This document shows, piece by piece, positions 44,501 through 52,358 of a stretch of 64,000 nucleotides of DNA. The notes under the pieces were generated by a model, which was not told the origin of the DNA, searched no databases, and saw only the letters and a list, made by a program, of their open reading frames with translations. Origin of the DNA: Kiritimatiellia bacterium (GTDB lineage: Bacteria; Verrucomicrobiota; Kiritimatiellia; PWTM01); assembly GCA_026417735.1 (NCBI GenBank), contig JAOACR010000014.1, forward strand, positions 70,829 to 134,828. Direction: 5' to 3'. Positions within the stretch are counted from its first letter, which is position 1; every line of letters starts with the position of its first letter. A program made the translations under genes and the position numbers.

Positions 44501-45073
44501 GCCTCCGCCGGAAGCGCGCCGGTGACCGCATCGGCTGGCGGCGCGTCGGCAAGAGGCGCCACGCGGACCGTCTCATCTGCCAGTGGCGGCAGCAGCCGCG
44601 GAGCGCGGTCGCACGGCGGAGGTGGTCGCGGAGAGCACCGCGACAGCAGCCGTCGTGATGATTCCGCCTCCGGCGCGCATGATGGCACGACATTGTCCGG
44701 CGAGGGCACGGGCGGCGTCACCGTGACCTGTCCCGGTTGCGGAAAACCAGTGAAGGCGGCGCCGGGCGAAAGCGTCCAGTGCCCCTACTGCGTGACGATG
44801 AACTGCCCGCGATGTGGATACTCCAAGAACTATCCGCGCGGGCAGGAGCCCGAGAGCTGCCCGATGTGCTATACGACCACCTGCGGGATCTGTGGCCGCA
44901 CGGGCTGGGCGCGGCGCGATCGCCCCGCCCCGCAGTGTCCGCACTGCATCCGTATCCGTTGCTCGCGCTGCGGTAGCCTCCTCTATCAGGGCGATCGCGC
45001 CTCCGCACCCGCATCGTTGCCCTGCGAGACCTGCACCGCACGCGCGAAGGCCGAGGCGGGAAAGGGGAACTAA
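41513..45073 (+). CDS. Large putatively exported protein (1186 aa) with C-terminal 8x CxxC zinc-ribbon array
   Basis: GGAGGA RBS, hydrophobic N-terminal segment, helical domains, low-complexity linkers, CPGC/CPYC/CPRC/CPMC/CGIC/CPHC/CSRC/CETC. Confidence 0.8.
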   Translation: MNAVEFQGESGRPGTGHTVFATTVFCLTILSATVGSAAGPPGSDREENAGGYRAPVGTAGHRAGESGGAAAAPSAARDPEREAAWQRARAEANRRVREFESALQSGDPARIRRSALDLQSDPLAIHHINRNRPDLVEANNQVVREIRTEATRQMREAAAREWNRANPDKPPVTADDVEIYQPRNWRSPDAPATSPQDWDVTVRVRGQDLPPSRARRIVEESFYHAAGGEQTFGKGATPESVARRQRVETTSGRSPEAYNEPQRILGTPDAPPRPGEPLRDPEQLTRAIEHKSNAARNESDAARGRGDPVQAAHHEFDQMYQAAKQYERITRPRVEAAGGRVDPRVEEGMRILGQVGPDGISPEEARARLAQMGETPESIIRKASGQAEAAQVLGRGRGTQADTPEGAARGATDAPEGRARGPSDAPEAPPRGPSDTPDRVPGRVGKALETVGKGMQAVDILAGADDAKKAIQDGDMGKLRDSVVNTADGLAGGPLATGRMLEERLGKNRTEKNEAQEQARQAAEAELEQRMRVELRQSGLSKAEVEAIMEARARGDDRPLRDAYERAGRTPPKGESPDPGWRDSLNNYGSEVVANTKEVAQGIADRAEKAKNFVTQTGRDLAEIGAGLTEKGVARELIEKQKDNLTKDNLKAGVEHLAEKGKELIGVKETDREREGRAAQDLAEKLIEKGVDPETARRVAGDYITHAGGKGTRGQLRDVLESARSSSKGGISAAGTATEGGSREKDARTTSARSGPQKERTESARERPPDREVAPSPSPPTTAGRERGPSKEDREAPRNDAGERVDAGQYRDGDTIVVRDGTEYVKQGDRWEKTGRNYGSYTAERGARGGLAGAEPAAGATASRGDASSRAGGLGGLIDGRSEKTSAQTQGALGLMGGQQNLAHASTRGDAAARDARTLVDAAGREAHTSSQKSAADVASANREGGWGKAVADGVQQAVEKGLTAAGQSLGKAAADAAANSIFKDGQSAGGAPATGASAGSAPVTASAGGASARGATRTVSSASGGSSRGARSHGGGGRGEHRDSSRRDDSASGAHDGTTLSGEGTGGVTVTCPGCGKPVKAAPGESVQCPYCVTMNCPRCGYSKNYPRGQEPESCPMCYTTTCGICGRTGWARRDRPAPQCPHCIRIRCSRCGSLLYQGDRASAPASLPCETCTARAKAEAGKGN
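42710..42841 (+). repeat. Four degenerate 33-bp (11-aa) tandem repeats in the giant protein
   Basis: QADTPEGAARG / ATDAPEGRARG / PSDAPEAPPRG / PSDTPDRVPGR. Confidence 0.75.
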
Positions 45074-45076
45074 ACG

Positions 45077-45457
45077 GTGGCGCCGGGCCGATCAGTTGTT
45101 GCCCAGCATTGGGCGGCGCTGCTCGTCGGCGTGGCCGTTGCCGCGACGGCTGCGGAAGACCGCGAGGCGGTCGCGAACGTGTTCCGCTCGGGCGAAGTGG
45201 CCGGCACCGCCTCAAATGACAGCCGCCGAACCGAACACATTGAGCACGCGATCGAGATGCTCGAAAAGAACGTTCGCGCGCTGGAAGTTCGGTTGGGGCG
45301 CGCAACACAGGCCCCCTCGCCATCCCACAACATCGAACGGCGGCTGCAGGAACTGGAACGTAGAATGGAGAGCATCGAACGGGAAGTGAAACGTCTGGAC
45401 GAACGCCTGCGCCGGCTCGAGGGGCGTCGACCGTCCGGAAGCGCGGGAGAGCGATGA
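45077..45457 (+). CDS. Small exported coiled-coil protein
   Basis: Signal peptide (WAALLVGVAVAATAA), heptad pattern IERRLQELERRMESIEREVKRLDERLRRLE; starts 3 nt after the upstream stop; ATGA overlap downstream. Confidence 0.7.
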   Translation: MAPGRSVVAQHWAALLVGVAVAATAAEDREAVANVFRSGEVAGTASNDSRRTEHIEHAIEMLEKNVRALEVRLGRATQAPSPSHNIERRLQELERRMESIEREVKRLDERLRRLEGRRPSGSAGER

Positions 45458-46314
45458 GCACGAGACCAACGTCGGTGTGGTGGGCCTGGAGGGTAGCCGC
45501 AGTGATCGGCGCCGTGGCGGCGGGGGGGGACGGCACGCCCCGCGTGATGGTGCTGGTGGACGAGAAGAGTCTCGGGACGATCCCCACCTCGGAGGTCGAA
45601 GCGATCGGCGTACGAATGCTGAGCGAACGACGAGTTGAGTCGGTGGACCAGGACATGGTTCGCGCGAATCTTCAGCGCGTGCAGCAGGCGTTGCGCGGCG
45701 CCGGCGACGACCGTGGCGCCGCGGCGCTCGGGCGGGAATTCGGCGCCGACGTAATCATCGTGGGCGAGGCGGTTGCGAAGCCGTCGGCGCGCCGACTCGC
45801 GGACACGAATCTTCGCACGTATCAGGCCGTGGTCACGCTGCGCGCGGTGCGTACGGACAACTCGGTGAACCTGGCCTCCGCATCGGAGGACGTTTCCGTA
45901 GTGGGGCTGGACGACGTTGCAGGCAGCGCCAAGGCGCTGCGGGAGGCCGGCCGGCAGGCGTTCGAAGCGTTGATCCCGCAGATGCTGGAACAATGGAACG
46001 CCTCCGGCGCGCCCCCGCGGAGGTCACCCAACGTGGCGGCGGGACGACCGCTCGATGTGACGGTCGGCGGCGTGGACCAGGTGTGGAAGCTGAAGGCGAT
46101 CCGCGATGTATTGCGCGGTCGTCCGCAGCACATCGAAGAGGTGACGCAGCGAAGTTACGCGCAGGGTCTTGCGGTGTTCAGAATCTCATGCCGCGTGCCG
46201 GTGGAGGAGCTGGCCGAAGCGCTGGTGCTGCAGCCGCCGGAGGGCCTGAAGCTGCAGGTGGTGGAAATGACACCCGCCGCGCTGACGTTGCGCGCGGTCG
46301 AGGCGAATCCGTGA
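45454..46314 (+). CDS. Exported protein with CsgG/FlgT-middle/TolB-N-like domain
   Basis: Signal-like N-terminus; PRVMVLVDE..VESVD..ALGREFGADVIIVGEA..VTLRAVRTDNSVNLAS; family assignment by eye. Confidence 0.7.
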   Translation: MSTRPTSVWWAWRVAAVIGAVAAGGDGTPRVMVLVDEKSLGTIPTSEVEAIGVRMLSERRVESVDQDMVRANLQRVQQALRGAGDDRGAAALGREFGADVIIVGEAVAKPSARRLADTNLRTYQAVVTLRAVRTDNSVNLASASEDVSVVGLDDVAGSAKALREAGRQAFEALIPQMLEQWNASGAPPRRSPNVAAGRPLDVTVGGVDQVWKLKAIRDVLRGRPQHIEEVTQRSYAQGLAVFRISCRVPVEELAEALVLQPPEGLKLQVVEMTPAALTLRAVEANP

Positions 46315-46321
46315 GGTCCTC

Positions 46322-47326
46322 ATGATCACAAGTGGACGCCAGATGAGATGGCTTGCGGCAGGGCTGCTCGCCGTTGGGTCCATAGCGGCAGACTCTGACC
46401 GGGCACTGCTGCTTCGGGCGCTGTTCCGCTACCGCATCGCCGCTCAGGCGGCCGCAGATGCGCGGCAGCTGGCCGCCTCGGCACCGTCGGACGTCGCGCG
46501 CGAGGTCGCCACGGGAGCAGAGGCATGGAGTGGCGCGGTGTACGACTCGATCCGAAGCGAGCTGGAAAACGCGCTCGGGGACAGAGCGAAGTCAGAATTT
46601 GGTGGGTTCGCCACCGCATATATCGCCGCCGAGGAGCGCGGCGACGCGACATGGCTGGCCACACTCGCACAGCAGCTGCGGGTCTCCCCGATTCCGCGCG
46701 ACTACGCGGCCCTGCGGCGCGCGATGGTGGAGGAGTGCCTTTCCGCCGAGGTCGCGGAGGCGGCCAGCTTCGTCGGCGAGGTGCAGACCTGGCTCGAGTT
46801 GCGGCAGCGCTCCGAAGATGTGCCGCCGCTACGGTCATGGCTGTCCCGAACCGAACCCGTCGCCGTTCAGCCCGCCAGCGACGCGCCGCCCCGCCTGGTC
46901 CGGCAAACCGCGCGATCCGACAATCCGCTGCGCGAGGCCGAGGCGCCGGCCGGCGCATTCGTCGCGAGTGAGGAACCGGCTGCGGCCGGCTTGGAGGCGC
47001 TGAGTGGCGCCCGCGCCGCACGTCGCGAGAAGGCGCTGGAGGTCGCGCAGGCGGGCATGCAGCAGGTCGCAGAGGAGCGGCGTGCGGCGGAGGAAGAGCT
47101 TGCCGCGAAGAAAACCGCCGCTGCGCAGGCGGAAGCTGAGGCACTCAAGAAACAGGCGGAGAAGCTCGCGGCGTCCGAGCAAGAGGCGTTGGAACAGCGC
47201 AAAAACAGCTGGTCCGGACGCCTGAAGCAGGTCGTCTCGAGCGCGATCGGCGCGGCGGGCGGGGCTTTCCTGGGCGGCATCGGCACTCGGGCGGGCGAAG
47301 CCGCGGCCGAAGCGGTCTTTCGCTGA
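46322..47326 (+). CDS. Exported helical protein with coiled coil and C-terminal Gly/Ala-rich hydrophobic helix
   Basis: Signal peptide MRWLAAGLLAVGSIAA; A/E/K coiled coil; tail AIGAAGGAFLGGIG. Confidence 0.7.
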   Translation: MITSGRQMRWLAAGLLAVGSIAADSDRALLLRALFRYRIAAQAAADARQLAASAPSDVAREVATGAEAWSGAVYDSIRSELENALGDRAKSEFGGFATAYIAAEERGDATWLATLAQQLRVSPIPRDYAALRRAMVEECLSAEVAEAASFVGEVQTWLELRQRSEDVPPLRSWLSRTEPVAVQPASDAPPRLVRQTARSDNPLREAEAPAGAFVASEEPAAAGLEALSGARAARREKALEVAQAGMQQVAEERRAAEEELAAKKTAAAQAEAEALKKQAEKLAASEQEALEQRKNSWSGRLKQVVSSAIGAAGGAFLGGIGTRAGEAAAEAVFR

Positions 47327-47572
47327 GCGGTGCCGCCGTCACCGCCCCGTGGGGAGTGGGGGAATGTCGTCGCGTTCGATTCCACCGGGGACACCGCCCG
47401 CGTTGGTCGGCTGGTCCGGTCGGGACCGGAGGTCAGGGCACATTCGATGCTCCAGGGCTGCGCTGGAGCCGAACCGCGAGGGGACCGCGAGTCAGGCGGT
47501 GCATTGCGCGGGCGCGGGCTCTCCGCTGCGGAGCGCCGCGCAAGTCGCCCGGTGGCCGTTCTCACCGCCGCA

Positions 47573-48598
47573 TCAGCGGCGCGGTGCCAGGCGCTCCAGT
47601 TCCTCGCGGGCGCGTTGCATTACCTCCGCCAGTTCCACTTCGTCGCCGCCGCGCTGCCGGCTGAGCTCCGCCGCCTCCATGAAGGCGAGAATTTCGATCG
47701 TTTCCTCCTCCGGCACCGGCGGAACGCCGCTTCTGAAAAACTTCAGAACCTCGCGGAGCATCGGCACGTAGCCGGCCGATTCGCCAATCGGCTGCTCACC
47801 CCGCTCCCCTCTTGCGCGTCCGCCATATCCCCACTGTTCTTTCGACTGCCGGAACGTCCCTTTGCGACCGTCGGTCCACGTCCCGACGACTTCGACGCGG
47901 CCATCCTCGAGCGTTCGGCGCCGGACCGAGCGGCAGCCCGGCCCCATCACGGTGAAGAGCGACTCGACACCGTGGATGCCGTACCAGAAGAGCTCCGGGT
48001 GGGTCGGCTCAATCACCACGGGCGATTCGGTTTCGGCCTCGAGCACGCGCCCGACCGCACCCTTCCGCACGGCCTGGGTGTTGGTCCCATACCGCAACGA
48101 GGAACAACTGAACACCGGCACGCCCTTCTCCCGAGCAAGCTGGAAGATCGCCAGCCCGTCGCGCAACGAGGCGGCCATCGGCTTGTCAATGAACAGCCGC
48201 TTGCCGGCGGCAATCACCGGCCGCGCCTGCTCCAGATGCACGCGCCCGTCCACGCTGGTCAGGATCACCGCGTCGACCTGCCGGCATAGCTCCTCGATGG
48301 TCGGAACCAGCACGACGCCCCATCGGTTGGTGAGTTCTTCAGTGAACTTTTCGATCCGGTCGCGGCTGGCGGAGATGTCGGGGCTGCCGCCCTTGAAGGC
48401 CGCGACGATCCGCGCACCGGGCAGATGATTGGACGCGGTCGGGTCGTTCAGAATCTTCGCAAACGCGACAACGTGGGAAGTGTCGAGCCCGATCAGCCCC
48501 AGCCGCAGCGGCGCTTCCTCCGCCGCCTCCGCGCGAAGGGCAAAACTCGCCAACCCCATCGCCCCCAACGTGCTCTGCAGAATTCGTCTGGCTTTCAT
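47573..48598 (-). CDS. Gfo/Idh/MocA-family oxidoreductase, exported
   Basis: LGLIGLDTSH, TSVDGRVH, FIDKPMA, SCSSLRY, FWYGIHGVE; N-terminal signal with RR. Confidence 0.85.
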   Translation of the reverse strand: MKARRILQSTLGAMGLASFALRAEAAEEAPLRLGLIGLDTSHVVAFAKILNDPTASNHLPGARIVAAFKGGSPDISASRDRIEKFTEELTNRWGVVLVPTIEELCRQVDAVILTSVDGRVHLEQARPVIAAGKRLFIDKPMAASLRDGLAIFQLAREKGVPVFSCSSLRYGTNTQAVRKGAVGRVLEAETESPVVIEPTHPELFWYGIHGVESLFTVMGPGCRSVRRRTLEDGRVEVVGTWTDGRKGTFRQSKEQWGYGGRARGERGEQPIGESAGYVPMLREVLKFFRSGVPPVPEEETIEILAFMEAAELSRQRGGDEVELAEVMQRAREELERLAPRR

Positions 48599-48628
48599 GT
48601 GTCACTCGATCGCGTTATCATTGCAGTT

Positions 48629-49936
48629 ATGAGGACTGCAATCAATCGCCGCAGGTTTCTTCGTACGGGGCTTTCGTTCGGCACCACGGTGTGCACGGTG
48701 GGCCCCGCGTTGCTCTCCCGCGCGGCCCCCTCGAGGCTGCTCCGGGTGGCGATCATGGGCGTAAACGGCAGGGGGATGGACCACATCAAGGGCTGGGCCG
48801 GTCAGCCGGATGTGGAGATCGCCTGGGTTTGCGACGTGGACCGGCGCGCGCTCGAGCGGGCGGCGGCGCAGGTGGAAAAAACAACCGGCCGCGCGCCCAA
48901 AACGAGCGACGACGTCCGGCGGGTGCTCGAAGATCGAGAGCTTGATGTGCTCTCGATTGCGGCGCCGAACCACTGGCATGCACCGGCGACCATTCTTGCG
49001 TGTGCGGCTGGCAAGCACGTGTATGTGGAAAAGCCGGGCAGCCATAATCCGTGGGAGGCGGAGATGATGGTGAAGGCGGCCCGGCACCATCGGCGGCTCG
49101 TGCAGATGGGCAACCAACGGCGGAGCATGCGCAACATCATCGCCGCGATTGAGGCGGTGAAGTCTGGCGCGGTGGGCCGCGTGTTGACCGCCCGGTGTTA
49201 TTACACGCGGTTTCGTCCGCCGATCGGGCGCGGCAAGGAAGCCCCCGTGCCCGAGTGGCTGAACTACGACCTCTGGCAGGGCCCTGCGCCGGAACGGCCG
49301 TACCGCGACAACGTGATTCATTACAACTGGCACTGGTTCTGGCACTGGGGGAACGGCGAGCTGGGCAACAACGGCGTGCACACGCTGGACCTCGCCCGCT
49401 GGGCGCTCGGTGTGGACCGCCCGCTCAAGGTCACCTACTGCGGCGGTCGCTATCTCGCCGACGACGATCAGGAAACCCCCGACACCGGGGTGGCGGCGTT
49501 CGACTTCGGGACTGCGCTGGTCACCTGGGAACAAAGCAGCAGCCATCCGCGAAAGGGAGAAACGCTTCCTCTCGTCGCCTTCTACGGCGAGCAGGGCCGC
49601 CTGGTGCTGAGCGACGCCGGTCACAGGATCTACGACAGTGACGGCAAGGAGGTGGCACAGACCGAAAGTGGCGTCGCCGGCGACGTCGTGCGCGGACCCG
49701 GCGGCGAACTCGAACATTTTGGCAATCTCTGCGCGGCGATTCGCGACGGCGCGAAGTTGAACTCGGAGATTGAAGAGGGGCAAAAAAGCACGATGCTCTG
49801 CCACTACGGCAACATGGCGATTCGGACGGGTTCAATGATTCACGTGGACCCGGTGACCGGCCGGGTGCGGGACAACCCGGCCGCGATGGCGCTCTGGAAA
49901 CGCGACTACCGGCCGGGGTGGGAACCCAAGTTGTGA
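48629..49936 (+). CDS. Tat-exported Gfo/Idh/MocA-family oxidoreductase
   Basis: NRRRFL Tat motif, GVNGRG, APNHWH, GKHVYVEKP, QMGNQRRS, DLWQGPAP, YNWHWFW. Confidence 0.9.
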   Translation: MRTAINRRRFLRTGLSFGTTVCTVGPALLSRAAPSRLLRVAIMGVNGRGMDHIKGWAGQPDVEIAWVCDVDRRALERAAAQVEKTTGRAPKTSDDVRRVLEDRELDVLSIAAPNHWHAPATILACAAGKHVYVEKPGSHNPWEAEMMVKAARHHRRLVQMGNQRRSMRNIIAAIEAVKSGAVGRVLTARCYYTRFRPPIGRGKEAPVPEWLNYDLWQGPAPERPYRDNVIHYNWHWFWHWGNGELGNNGVHTLDLARWALGVDRPLKVTYCGGRYLADDDQETPDTGVAAFDFGTALVTWEQSSSHPRKGETLPLVAFYGEQGRLVLSDAGHRIYDSDGKEVAQTESGVAGDVVRGPGGELEHFGNLCAAIRDGAKLNSEIEEGQKSTMLCHYGNMAIRTGSMIHVDPVTGRVRDNPAAMALWKRDYRPGWEPKL

Positions 49937-49985
49937 AGCTTCCCTCGGCGGGGGCGCGCAGGACGGCCGCACAGAGCGGAGCCCC

Positions 49986-50873
49986 ATGCGAGTGCTGATC
50001 CTTGGTGCCCGAGGGCAGCTGGGTCGCGACTGCGAGGCGCTGCTGCGAGCCACGCACGAGGTGATCGCCACCGATCTGCCGGAAGCGGACGTGACCCGGC
50101 CGGAATCGGTCGGCGGCTGGGTGCAGCGCGTCCGACCGGACGTGATCCTGAACTGCGCCGCGTACACGCACGTGGACCGCGCAGAACAAGAGCGCCAGCT
50201 CGCCCATGCGGTCAACGCGGATGGCGCGCGGATCGTCGCGGAGATCGCCCGATTGCATCGCGCATTTCTGATTCACATCTCGACCGACTACGTCTTCGAC
50301 GGCGCGCGTCCGCCGCCGCTCGCGTACACCGAGCGCGACGTCCCCGCGCCGATCAACTGGTACGGTCGCACGAAGTTGGCCGGTGAGCAGGCGATCCGTG
50401 AGGTCGCGCCGCGTCACGCAATCCTGCGAACCGCTTGGCTGTACGGTCGGCATGGCCGCAATTTTCTGAAGGCGATTCTTGCGCGCGCGCTCGCGGAGCC
50501 GGGCAAGCCGCTGTGGGTGGTGTCGGATCAGTATGGCTGCCCCACCTGGAGCCGTCGCCTCGCGGTGCAGATCGCCGCGATCATCGAACACCAGCCCGAG
50601 GGGCTGTTCCACGCCGCCGGCGAATGCCATGCGACGTGGTACGAGCTCGCAAAGCTGTTCCTCGGCAGAATGGGGGTCGAGGCGATCGTGGAGCACTGCC
50701 TGCTGCGGGACCGCCCCACCCCGGCCCGCCGCCCCGCCAACACCATTTTGCGGAACGTGCGGCTCGCGGAGATCGGCCTGAATCGGATGCGCCCGTGGGC
50801 GGAGGACCTCGAGGAGTTCATTGAACGCCACCGCGCCGATCTCCTTCGGGAAGCACGGGGAGAGGCCGCGTGA
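49986..50873 (+). CDS. rfbD: dTDP-4-dehydrorhamnose reductase
   Basis: GARGQLG, NCAAYTHVD, HISTDYVFDG, YGRTKLAGE, DQYGCPT. Confidence 0.94.
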   Translation: MRVLILGARGQLGRDCEALLRATHEVIATDLPEADVTRPESVGGWVQRVRPDVILNCAAYTHVDRAEQERQLAHAVNADGARIVAEIARLHRAFLIHISTDYVFDGARPPPLAYTERDVPAPINWYGRTKLAGEQAIREVAPRHAILRTAWLYGRHGRNFLKAILARALAEPGKPLWVVSDQYGCPTWSRRLAVQIAAIIEHQPEGLFHAAGECHATWYELAKLFLGRMGVEAIVEHCLLRDRPTPARRPANTILRNVRLAEIGLNRMRPWAEDLEEFIERHRADLLREARGEAA

Positions 50874-51934
50874 CGACCCTGCTGGTCACCGGCGGCGCCG
50901 GATTTATCGGCTCAGATTTCGTCCACTACCTGCTGGAGGAGTCCGGCTTCCCGGGTCGGGTGGTCGTGTTCGACGCGTTCGCGCCGGGCGCGCACGCCGG
51001 CAGCCTCGCTGGCCTGAAGGCACAATGGGGCGGCCGTTTCGAACTGGTGAACGCGGACCTCCGCGACCGCGCCGCCGTAGAATGGGCGCTGGACAAGTTC
51101 GAGGTGGAGATCATCTGCCATTTCGCCGCGGAATCACACGTGGACCGTTCGATCGCAGAGCCGAAGGACTTCATCACCACGAACATTCTCGGCACGTTCC
51201 ACCTCCTTGAGGCGAGCCGTGCCCGTCTCGGGCGAATTCGGCGTTTTCATCACGTCAGCACCGACGAAGTGTTCGGGGAACTCGGCCCGGAGGGTGCGTT
51301 TTCGGAAGCAACGCCCTATCGACCCAGCAGCCCCTACTCCGCCTCGAAGGCGGCTGCCGACCACCTCGTGCGTGCATGGCATCGCACATATGGACTTCCG
51401 ATCACAATCTCCAATTGCTCAAACAACTACGGGCCGCGCCAGTTTCCAGAAAAACTGATCCCGCTGATGATCCTGAACGCTCTCGAGGGCCGTCCACTCC
51501 CAGTGTATGGCGACGGCCAGAACGTCCGCGACTGGCTGTTCGTGCGCGACCACTGCCGTGCGATCCACGCGATTCTGGAACGCGGCGCTGAGGGGGAGAC
51601 CTACTGCATTGGCGGCCGCTGCGAGATGACCAACCTCGAGGTGGTCGGGCGGATCTGTGAGCTGCTCGACCGGCTGGCGCCACCCCTGCCGGGGGGACGC
51701 CCGCGGCGGTCGCTGATCACGTTCGTTCCCGATCGGCCGGGCCATGACCGCCGCTACGCGATGGACTGCTCCAAGATCGAAGCGGAGCTCGGCTGGCGCG
51801 CGCAAACCCCCTTCTCCGCGGGGCTCGAACAGACGGTGCGCTGGTACCTCGAGCATCCCGAGTGGATCGCCGCGATTCGCGCTGGTCGCCACCGTGATCC
51901 GCCGCCCGAGGCGCTGCGCCCCCCGGCGGCCTGA
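50870..51934 (+). CDS. rfbB: dTDP-glucose 4,6-dehydratase
   Basis: TGGAGFIG, FAAESHVDRSI, HVSTDEVFG, PYSASKA, NNYGPRQFPEKLIP, DRPGHDRRY. Confidence 0.95.
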   Translation: MTTLLVTGGAGFIGSDFVHYLLEESGFPGRVVVFDAFAPGAHAGSLAGLKAQWGGRFELVNADLRDRAAVEWALDKFEVEIICHFAAESHVDRSIAEPKDFITTNILGTFHLLEASRARLGRIRRFHHVSTDEVFGELGPEGAFSEATPYRPSSPYSASKAAADHLVRAWHRTYGLPITISNCSNNYGPRQFPEKLIPLMILNALEGRPLPVYGDGQNVRDWLFVRDHCRAIHAILERGAEGETYCIGGRCEMTNLEVVGRICELLDRLAPPLPGGRPRRSLITFVPDRPGHDRRYAMDCSKIEAELGWRAQTPFSAGLEQTVRWYLEHPEWIAAIRAGRHRDPPPEALRPPAA

Positions 51935-52358
51935 CGTCGCGCGCGAAGCGCAAAAGGTAACGCGTCGACCGCATCCCCTCGGTCCGACGATCGCCGTCGT
52001 CGGGAGCCGGCAACCACCGCGGCAATGATCCGCCTGGACTGCCGCGCACTACCCAGCGCCCGAGGGAGGTGACCCCTGCGAGGGCTGCCGCTCGCTGCTC
52101 GAGTAGGGGACCCGCCGGCTCCCTGCCTGCCCATTCGATGCACAGAAGCCGGTGTGTTCGAAGTGCTCTGTCCACTGTTCCGCGCGCCACCGTGAGGCGG
52201 TACTCCGGTCCGCGGATGCTGAACGGGCAGCCGTGGTTGGCGCCGATCACCTGTGGGGGCGGCGTCGGTCGCCGGCCGACGCGTCGCGGCTCTCCCCCAC
52301 GGATGCTACACTGCACGCCGTCCGCATGAACACATGTCCGCGGACGAAGGACCGCCCG

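Noticed and set aside
44729..45034. Multiheme cytochrome c interpretation of the CxxC array
   Set aside because: No CxxC is followed by His.
47374..47395. tRNA T-loop-like GTTCGATTCC after the novel operon (possible att site)
   Set aside because: Flanks do not form a T-stem; no cloverleaf, integrase or second copy seen.
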